Source: Thermodesulfobacteriota bacterium (GTDB lineage Bacteria > Desulfobacterota_D > UBA1144 > Nemesobacterales > Mycalebacteriaceae). Taken from it: 64,000 bases of DNA. Location of the stretch: the NCBI GenBank assembly GCA_965205855.1, contig OZ242184.1, positions 448,001 to 512,000 of the forward strand, read 5' to 3'. The notes below the pieces were generated by a model. It was not told the DNA's origin. It was given only the letters and a program-made list of their open reading frames with translations, and ran no database searches. Of the stretch, positions 61,701 through 64,000 are shown one piece after another; within the stretch, counting starts at the first letter, position 1, and each line of letters opens with the position of its first letter. The translations under genes and the position numbers were made by a program.

Positions 61701-64000
61701 CCATCACCTACAGGGTGACAGATGATGCGGGCAATGATGCCACGGCGGTCGAGCGCACAGTCGAGGTCGAGGACGTAACGCCCCCGGTTCTCAGCCGGCT
61801 CGGCGCTTTTAGTGTATCAATCGAGCAGGGCGCCACCTATGCGGACGCCGGTGCGGCGGCCACGGACAATGTTGACGGTGATATTGGCGACCGGGTCAGA
61901 CCGAGCTTTGTCTACAATAACAACACCCCCGACCCCGGCGACGACATAAGGGTCAATGCGGTAGATACCAGCAGGGTCGGCGTCTACACCATCACCTACA
62001 ACGTGACAGATGCGGCGGGCAACGCTGCCACGCCGGTTGAGCGCAGGGTCACTGTCGAGGAAGGAACTGCCCCGGTTATCACTCTGCTCGGCGATTCTAC
62101 GGTATCCATCGACCAGTTCGCCACCTATACGGACGCTGGTGCGACAGCCACGGACGCTGCTGAGGGGAATATTACCAACCGGATCAGAACGACCATCGTC
62201 TACAACAACACCGCTGGCACCGGCGACGACGAGACGGTTAATGCGGTCGATACCCTCAGGGTCGGCGTCTACACCATCACCTACAATGTGGCAGATGCGG
62301 CGGGCAATGATGCCACGGCGGTCAGCCGCACAGTCACTGTCGCGGACAGAACGGCCCCGGTTATCAACCTGGGCGACCCTGCCAGGGTATCCATCGCAGT
62401 GGGAGCGGACTACATTGAACAGGCGACAGCATCGGACGATACTGACGGGGATATTACCAGCGCGATCACAGCGACTATCGTCTACAACAACAACACCGCC
62501 GACACCGGCGACGACGAGACGGTTAATATGGTGGATACCAGCAGGCTAGGCATCTACACCATCACCTACAGGGTGGCAGATGTGGCGGGCAACGATACGG
62601 CGGTCGAGCGCAGGGTTACTGTCGAGGATCAAACTGCCCCGGCTATCACCCTGGTCGGCGATTCTGCGGTATCCATCGGGCAGGGCGGCACCTATACGGA
62701 CGCCGGTGCGACAGCCACGGACAATATTGACGGGAATATTACCAACCGGGTCAGCATGAGAATTACCGACAGCAGCGGCACCGTGATTGCTGCGGTCAAT
62801 ACCCGCACGACTGGCGTCTACACCATCACCTACAGAGCGATAGATGCGGCGGGCAACCAGGCCGAGATAACCAGAACAGTCACCGTCAGCCCGGACGGAA
62901 CTGTCCCGGTTATCAGCCTGTTAGGCGATGCCGAGATAACCATAGCGGCGGATACTATCTATGCTGATGCCGGTGCGACAGCCACGGACGCTGTTGACGG
63001 GGATATTAGCGGCCTGATAACAGCGAGCATCGTCTACAATAACAACACCGCCAACATCGGCGACGACGAGACGGTCACTGCAGTCGATACCAGCAGGGTC
63101 GGCACCTACACCATCACCTACAACGTGTCAGATGCGGCGGGCAACGCTGCCACAGCGGTCAGCCGCAGGGTCACTGTCGAGGACAGAACCGCCCCGGTAA
63201 TTAGCCGGAACGGCCCTTATAGGGTATCCATCGGGCAGGGCGAGACCTATACGGACGCCGGTGCGACGGCCACGGACAATATTGACGGGAACGGGACTAT
63301 TACCGCTGTGATCACAACGACCATTGTCTACAATAACAACACCTCCGGCACTGGCGACGACAGGACGGTCACTGCGGTAGATACCGGCAGTGTTGGCGTC
63401 TACAACATCACCTACAACGTGACAGACGCGGCGGGCAATGCTGCCGCGCCAAGGCGCAGGAGGGTTACTGTCGTCGCGGACGGGACTGCTCCGGTTATTA
63501 GCCTGCTCGGTCTTGCTACGGTATCCATCGTGCAGGGTGCTGACTATGCTGATGCCGGTGCGAGGGCCACGGACGATATTGACGGTGATATTACCGCCCT
63601 GATCACAGCGACCATTACCGACAGCAGTGGCGCCGTGATTGCTGCGGTAGATACTGGCACGCCCGGCGTCTACACCATTACCTACAGGGTGTCAGATGTG
63701 GCGGGCAACGAAGCCACGGCGGTCATTCGAACCCTCAACGTCACCCTGGATGAGACGGCTCCGACCCTCAGTGTGATCGGTTCGGATAGAACCGTCCGGC
63801 TGGGTGGTGACTATACGGACGCCGGTGCCATTGCGTTTGACAATGGCGTGAATGTTAGGGATCAGATAGAGACGACCATTACCGACAGCATCGGCACCGT
63901 GATTGCTGCGGTGGATACCGGCACGCCCGGCGTCTACACCATCACCTACAGGGTGAGAGATGTGGCGGGCAACGAAGCCGAGGTCTTCAGAATGGTCACC
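40748..64000 (+). CDS. Second giant secreted Ig-repeat surface protein (>7,750 aa); truncated by the window end
   Basis: ATG at 40748 (an in-frame ATG also lies at 40715) gives signal peptide MLTRLRVMVSFCLLVLFSLGLSATAAHA. The same frame reads ...VAGNEAEVFRMVT at 63962-64000. The ORF track lists no long terminated ORF in this frame, which implies it is open to the end. It contains TYQW-type Ig, He_PIG-like, PKD-like, cadherin-like and DUF5011-like domains. Confidence 0.9.
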   Translation, partial: MLTRLRVMVSFCLLVLFSLGLSATAAHALHQSTNPRILGGNNPVEGQALSASISNALTGHSVGSNLEVYRWERSSPGSSSGFISIPGFRAGNNNYAPTQSDVGRFLRARVTFTDSLTGGVTSRIVGPTSRVVANANDDPRGLAIAGVPVLGQELTANTSRLADEDGLPNPSEFTYQWNTRVGTTDTPIPNATSRTYTLTQSELGKRITLTLRYTDSFNTQESTTSAATAEVRLNDPPSGLTIAGALTVGEELTADTSTLADEDGLPAESEFSYQWRADGVDIANATDRSYVLTPANIGSQITVTLSYTDNLSKQESLTSPARGPVQSDNNAPTITGTPPVAQVGASYSFMPVGEDADGDTLIYTLSGAPGWLSINPTTGALTGTPGNADVGTTTGIVIDVTDGIIAAPVELAFALTVNGPPTGEVIILDSGRPIVGQVLTADASGLGDANGLSDRSAFSYQWFADSAPIRGANLRTYTPDEVGEVIFVIVSYTDDDGVDEDVSSASIRVFNQLPTADAGPNQSLSKGTEVTLDGSGSSDPEGASLTYLWSQVDGTTVTLSSTTAARPTFTIPNLIPTDDPDSLTFSLVVSDVHDASSTNEETVRIFIRPLFREAIADQTYNLGNEIDDLMLPAALTQEGTSGDVYALSSVPAGLSFDPATRILSGTPTVLGMFGLTYTVTTADGGTDTLEFSITITAVNNPPTGVVTIDGILTEDEVLTANTSTLADEDGLPAESTFTYQWLADGVEIPGATLRTYILTSDEAGKTISLVVRYTDLRSSEEEVTSAPRGPMNTPPIISGIPATTVAEDSEYNFTPEGMDADGDTLVYAITVTPDWADFNPVTGALTGTPTNDDVGTTTTGIVISVTDGIIAAPVELPAFNLTVTNTNDAPTGTVIIRGNLVMGEELTADTSALGDENGLPAESTFTYQWNTRDGATDTPILGATLRTYTLTPNEVDRVITVLVRYTDDDGTAERVTSAPRGQVVGSNEAPTIGGTPATTAAEDSEYRFTPEGMDADGDTLTYTIDNRPAWALFNSATGALTGTPTNDDVGTTTTGIVISVTDGIIAAPVKLPEFDLRVTNTNDAPTGTVTITGSLTMGGELTADTSTLADEDGLPAESTFRYRWRANGISIPGATATMRTYRLTAAEVGAEISVRVSYFDLFFTAERITSEPRGPVVGTNEAPTIGGTPATTAAEDSEYRFTPVGGDADGHTLIYTIDNRPDWADFNPATGALTGTPTNDDVGTTTGIVISVTDGIIAAPVSLPAFFITVINTNDPPTGEVTIAGNPILGEELTADTSALADDDGLPNPATFTYQWFTRDGTTDTPILGAMMRTYTLTPDEVDKQIGVRLSYIDDRGTRESLDAVTGGSVSEINLPPTGAVTIRGTLTTGEELTADTSALGDENGLPAESTFTYQWLADDTEISGATGRTYRLTPNELNRVITVLVRYTDDDRAAERVTSAPRGPVVGSNQAPTIGGTPVTMVAEDSEYRFTPEGMDADGNTLTYTIDNRPAWADFDFDPDTGELTGTPGNADVGTTTGIVIGVTDGIIAAPVELPAFDITVTNTNDAPTGGVTITGSLTMGGELTADTSTLADADGLPAEFTFTYQWNTRDGATDTPISGATLRTYTPTQDEVDQILSVLVRYTDDDGATESVTSAPRGPVVNANDAPTIDGTPVTTVAEDSEYSFTPVGMDVDGNFLTYAISGAPGWLSIDPATGELTGTPTNDDVGTTTGIVISVTDGIIAAPVELPAFDLTVTNTNDAPTGAVTISGILTMGEELTADTSTLADDDGLPEPSTFTYQWLADGVEIPGATLRTYTLPPDEVGQTISLVVRYTDAGGEAESVTSTPPRRVNTPPTIGGTPATTVAEDSEYSFTPVGMDVDDDDTLTYTISGAPGWLSIDSDTGALTGTPTNDDVGTTTGIVVGVTDGIAAPVELPAFDLSVTNTNDPPTGGVTISGILTAGELLTADTSALADDDGLPDESTFTYQWLANGEEITEDATGRTYSLTRSQHGQTVSLVVRYTDLRGSEEEVTSAPQGPVNTPPTANAGANQTVSKGTEVTLNGTGSIDIDLTSLTYLWSQTAGATVALSSTTVARPTFTIPNLIPTDGPDSLTFSLVVSDGLASNEDTVRIFIRPLFREVIANQTYRLGNEIDDLMLPTALTQAGTSGDVYALSPVPAGLSFDPATRILSGTPTVPGMFGLTYTLTTANGRTDRLEFSITVPALNTPPTGAVTIDGILTEDEVLTANTSALADADGLPDPSTFTYVWQRQRAGDFIRTIPGARSNTYVLTQADVGAGIRVIVRYTDLRDSEEQVTSAPRGLVANVNDPPTGAVTVSGILTTGEQLTADTSALADADGLPDRGTFIYRWIARSGNADRTLLGGPFDTYTLTADEVDTQIRVTVSYFDFFDTAESLTSEPRGPVKSDNSPPTIGGTPATTVAEDSAYNFTPEGGDADAGDTLVYAITVTPDWADFDPATGALTGTPTNDDVGTTTGIVISVTDGTIATPLELPAFDLTVTNVNDVPTGGVTIIGDLTMGEVLTADTSTLDDGDGLPDESAFRYTWQADFTTILNATARTYTLTPDEVGKRILVIVRYTDGQGGAENLFSELRGPVVGSNSPPTISGTPDLMVAEDSPYNFTPGGGDADVGDTLTYTIDNRPAWADFNPATGALTGTPGNDDVGTTTRIVISVTDGIIAMPVELPAFDLSVTNTNDPATGTVTIGGIPVMGEELTADTSALADDDGLPEPSTFTYQWLANGLEIPGATGPTYTLTPAEVGQTISVVVEFTDDRNTVERVTSAPLGPVVNANSPPTIGGTPATTVAEDSEYRFTPEGGDADGNVLTYALSGAPGWLSFNPATGALTGTPTNDDVGTTTGIVISVTDGIIATPVALPAFDLSVTNTNDPVTGAVTINGILTEDEVLTANTSTLADDDGLPDESTFTYQWNTRDGATDTPISGATGRTYTLTQSEVGKPVTLTVSFTDDRNAPESRTSDATQVVTNINDAPTGRLRIDGLLAQNEVLTANTAALADEDGLPDESTFTYQWFANDGTASEQISGANMRTYTLTRSEAGKNIVVEISYQDLQGGNETVRSGDSFGPVARVNILPMVSSVPPFSRDPDSPTIFRVSQGEFFLITYTFTDPDGDLFVPSVFFDTSRWLVPRDLPGHDSANGNPNGNPTLTLSGTPGSADVGTRLEVENRLDHFENGRQRIFLPSFFVDVIDNNAPTISGSPAPTAARDSEYRFAPGGGDADGDTLTYSITVTPDWASFDPATGTLTGTPTGDDVGTTTTGIVISVTDGIIATPVELPAFDLTVTNVNDPATGEVTIRGVLTMGEELTAEASDFADDDGLPELSTFTYQWLANGVEIPGATGRTYTLTPAEVGQTISVVVRYTDLRRNDEEVTSAPRGPVADANSAPTIGGTPDTEAVEDSAYNFTPEGEDADGDTLTYMIENLPAWASFEPATGALTGTPGNDDVGMTTGIVISVTDGIIATPVELPAFDLTVTNTNDPATGRPGIEVGTSVRTPFGGGERFIRFTALPELIVDEDGLPEEIYEEDFVTQPVRPFTYQWNRHEAGVDTAIPGETSKFYDQPVADFGDRVTLTVVSFTDLRGGNEGPLTSAPASAMGVDLSATGEVTIDGDLIEDQTLTANTETLGDPNGLPDPSTFTYVWRRQPAGQFSRAIPGATSNTYVLTQADVGARIRVIVHYTDLEGFAGNAPPGDSEEDVEIGVASIFRGPVANFSHASTGGVSITNADGEPLTGARGEPPPAGVPPPAEDQMLTADASAIEDADGLPDESTFTYQWNTRDGATDTPIPGATGRTYTLTQSEVGKPLTLRVSFIDGDGTEENQTSAATAAVTNVNDLPTGAVTIDGILTDGAELTANISALEDEDGLPAESEFTYEWRANFTPITNATGRTYTLTQAEVGKSITLTVRYTDLQGVDESLTSLLTEETVRNTDDPTTGDLGITGDSVQGQTLTVDTFAIMDEDGLGTFTYAWLRGGITLVSTESTYTLVQADVGTSMFLQVNHTDAHGTSQNLGFVSTVPIANINDPPTGELRISGGLVVGQTLSADTSTLVDIDGLPDESDFIYQWRANGVDITDATESEYLLTAANIDAQISLNLRYTDNFEANESITSPARGPVRGAGDNIPPDSSGLAVTTDEDTPHTFAVADFSFTDTDGDSLQAVRIDSLPATGSLTLNGVAVSAMQEIATSAIANLVYTPALNANGDVTFTYSVSDGTAFSTPPANAAITVAAVEDVPTTSGLAVTTDEDTPHTFGVADFNFSDGDASDSLQAVRIDSLPAPASLGALTLNGAAVSAGQEIAAGAIANLVYTPALNASGSLSFTFSVSDGTVFSTPPATASVTVTPVNDPPTITGNPRIRVTEDLTYNFTPVGADVDGDPLVYAITNLPSWASFDTATGALTGTPANADIGNYPDIIISVTDGIITTPLDTFAIEVIPHGTNNPPTTAGLRVTTAEDTPYTFREADFPFSDLDAGDRLQAVIIRLLPDSASGSLTLGGEAVSSAQLIEVGEIGTLVFTPAANVTGFVSFAYGVYDGEDSSATSGINIFITPVNDPPTTSDLVVTTAEDTPYTFAVADFPFTDVDSLNSLDSLQAVRIDSLPASADGSLALGTGTGATPVNMAQVIAVADIPTLVYTPVTNVNGPATFTFSVSDGTAFSAPPATATVTLTAVNDPPTISGLPDTTLVQGAAYSFTPRGSDVDGDPLEYAITNTPSWATFSTTTGALTGTPQSTDVGTTMGIIISVTDGNITTPVALGAFAIEVTATAGTNMPPIANAGANQRVSKGTEVTLNGTGSDDPDGDNANLIYLWERTAGPTEVTLSSTAAAQPTFTIPTLIPTSGPDSYTFSLVVSDGQASSAAATVQIFIRPLFRASIANQTYSEGNAITPITLPEAREGPDSLPSTNTYTLTPTPLPAGLAFNATSRILSGTPTSVGTFDLTYTATNQVNDTDSLSFSIEVTTPPNNPPTTSALAATTAEDTPYTFASANFPFDDPDAGDSLQAVRIDSLPASDRGSLALGTGTSATAVSPGQVIEVGEIGTLVFTPAANFTGFVPFEYSVSDGEDFSSRSLVIFTVTAVNDPPTTSAFTVTTNEDTPYTFGLADFSFADVEGDSLQAVRIATLPDSANGSLALNGTAVTVAQVIPVADIPTLVYTPVTNVNGDATFTFSLSDGTDFSTPPATTTVSVTAVNDAPTISGLPDKTGVQGEDYSFTPGGGDVDGDPLVYDITNMPGWATFSTTTGALTGTPQSTDVGTTTDIIISVTDNIIATPIALGAFNIEVTATAGTNMPPTADAGSNQRLSKGAEVTLNGTGSDDPDGDNANLIYLWERTAGPTEVTLSSTAAPQPTFTIPTLIPTSGPDSYTFSLVVSDGQASSAAATVRIFIRPLFLDTIANQTFSTGNAITPITLPEAREGPDLLPSINTYTLAPLPAGLAFDSASRTLSGTPTSVGTFNLTYTATNGDGDTDSLSFAIEVTPNNPPTTSGFRVTTAEDTPYTFAFAATDFPFDDLDAGDSLQRVRIDTLPASASGSLALGGTPVRMNQEILVAGIPNLVFTPVANFNGDATFTFSLSDGDDFSATATATVSVVNNPPTTSGLAITTDEDIPHTFAAAEFNFADVDTNDMLEQVRIDTLPGTGSLTLNGTEIIAMQEIDVADINNGNLIYTPAANLRGMDSFTFSVSDGTDFSTPAAMATVTIGAVNDAPTGLPIISGTATEGQTLTADTSGIEDDDGPDTLPFTYQWNRNDGTTDTAISDATSATYTLTQGDVGEVITVTVSYQDGGGNDESLTSAPTEAVAAAITPNTPPTSSGLDVTLDEDGSHTFAVAQFNFADTDSGDSLEAVRIDSLPANGGLALNGTAVIVAQEIPVAGIPNLVYTPAANVHGMDSFTFSVSDGTDFSTPPSTATITINSVNDEPSGTVTISGTPRVGQTLMADTTGITDADGPDMLSFTYQWLAGSNLISNSDSPTYILTGDELGEMISVDVSYMDADGIEGGLVSDPVGPVIAASTNNPPTTSGLTATTAEDIPYTFAAGNFNFNDTDSGDSLDAVRIDSLPANTDGSLALNGTAVIVTQEISVAGIPNLVYTPVTNVNGAATFTFSVSDGTDFSTPPATATLTVTPVDDDPIGLPTISGTPRVGETLTANTSGISDADGLTNVTFTYQWLADGGPLSGATLPTLALTSANLGADIEVRVSFTDDAGNNEVLTSDPVSIEAAAAPFPSAVIAPIAPALLLTENGVEGVDGGVTITLDGSGSSTTPPGGTLTYAWTELSGTDTALTGAVTAMLSFTTPARAVEVANLVFQLTVTDTASNSEGFTTIGVTVLPTMVEPVVAVAGPDQTVSAGATVTLDGRASTGGTLSYSWVQTAAPGAGIQLDDFESATPVFTAPDVTTTRDLEFRLQVMGSGISSNFDEVIITVVGAPNISSGVNSLSAPVGVAIEPITITSTSGGTVASYSIAPSIDNGLFFDESTGTISGTPFASAAEVVYTITGENVSGTDTVEVAITATDGNLPPVANAGTDRTVRPTLNFVVELDGSASSDPEGGALIYVWTQNGEPEVGLTGRDTATPGFTLTQSLLDQLSGEPTLSFSLTVTDAMNQASAPDSVDIRFDMTPPVISLVGDFSVSIGEGGTYTEAGAAATDAVDGDISGDIRTAIVYDNNTVDTSDDDLVNAVDTARVGIYTITYRVADTAGNAATPLIRTVEVEDRTAPAITLLGEAEITIAADTAYTDAGATAMDNADGDISSDIRTAIVYDNNTADTGDDETVTAVDTARVGVYTITYNVEDAAGNVATAASRRVTVEDRTAPVIDRNGPYRVSIGQGETYTDAGATATDNIDGDISGQITVSITDSSGTTITAVDTGRVGVYNITYNVTDTAGNAAAPRRRRVTVTADVTPPVITLVGASVVSIDQGGTYTDAGATATDAVDGDISGQITVSIVYNNNTGDDETDDETVNAVNTSRVGVYTITYRVTDDAGNDATAVERTVEVEDVTPPVLSRLGAFSVSIEQGATYADAGAAATDNVDGDIGDRVRPSFVYNNNTPDPGDDIRVNAVDTSRVGVYTITYNVTDAAGNAATPVERRVTVEEGTAPVITLLGDSTVSIDQFATYTDAGATATDAAEGNITNRIRTTIVYNNTAGTGDDETVNAVDTLRVGVYTITYNVADAAGNDATAVSRTVTVADRTAPVINLGDPARVSIAVGADYIEQATASDDTDGDITSAITATIVYNNNTADTGDDETVNMVDTSRLGIYTITYRVADVAGNDTAVERRVTVEDQTAPAITLVGDSAVSIGQGGTYTDAGATATDNIDGNITNRVSMRITDSSGTVIAAVNTRTTGVYTITYRAIDAAGNQAEITRTVTVSPDGTVPVISLLGDAEITIAADTIYADAGATATDAVDGDISGLITASIVYNNNTANIGDDETVTAVDTSRVGTYTITYNVSDAAGNAATAVSRRVTVEDRTAPVISRNGPYRVSIGQGETYTDAGATATDNIDGNGTITAVITTTIVYNNNTSGTGDDRTVTAVDTGSVGVYNITYNVTDAAGNAAAPRRRRVTVVADGTAPVISLLGLATVSIVQGADYADAGARATDDIDGDITALITATITDSSGAVIAAVDTGTPGVYTITYRVSDVAGNEATAVIRTLNVTLDETAPTLSVIGSDRTVRLGGDYTDAGAIAFDNGVNVRDQIETTITDSIGTVIAAVDTGTPGVYTITYRVRDVAGNEAEVFRMVT
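41150..53190 (+). repeat. Mostly alternating TYQW-type Ig domains (LTADTSxLADxDGLP..FTYQW..IxGATxRTYTLT..EVG) and putative-Ig (He_PIG-like) domains
   Basis: Two-domain units of about 570-600 bp, interrupted by PKD-like modules at about 42290-42840 and 46875-47420. Confidence 0.8.
53190..59180 (+). repeat. Cadherin-like (TxEDTPYTF..ADF.F.D.DGDSLQAVRIDSLP) repeats with interspersed He_PIG, PKD-like and TYQW-type modules
   Basis: Same family as the 108-aa unit of giant protein 1. The block at about 54830-55700 is duplicated at about 56380-57240. Confidence 0.8.
60635..64000 (+). repeat. At least 12 tandem DUF5011-like (bacterial surface Ig) domains
   Basis: TAPVIxLxG...V.I..G..YTDAGATATDxxDGDI...VDTxxxGxYTITYxVxDAAGN pattern at a ~270-295 bp period. 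Confidence 0.8.

Overview
The window has two parts. Bases 1-8.35 kb hold a low-GC type II-C CRISPR-Cas9 cassette (25 intact 36-bp repeats plus 1 truncated repeat, cas2, cas1, a cas9 broken by a single +1 frameshift, and a tracrRNA) inserted between a folate/biopterin (BT1-like) transporter and an aldehyde dehydrogenase. Bases 8.9-64 kb hold two tandem giant, high-GC, Ig/cadherin-repeat surface-protein genes. The first is a 10,580-aa autotransporter-type adhesin with about 70 near-identical 94-aa Ig repeats and an apparently enlarged C-terminal beta-barrel. The second is a >7,750-aa ORF that the ORF track misses because it runs off the window end. The most notable observations are: a spacer whose 12-nt seed matches the array's own cas2-proximal leader; a 9-nt insertion in the tracrRNA anti-repeat; paired or overlapping spacers; an autotransporter barrel with about 6 extra strands; and combinatorial, gene-conversion-like shuffling of repeat alleles within and between the two giant genes. 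All calls come from reading the sequence by eye; no database searches were run.
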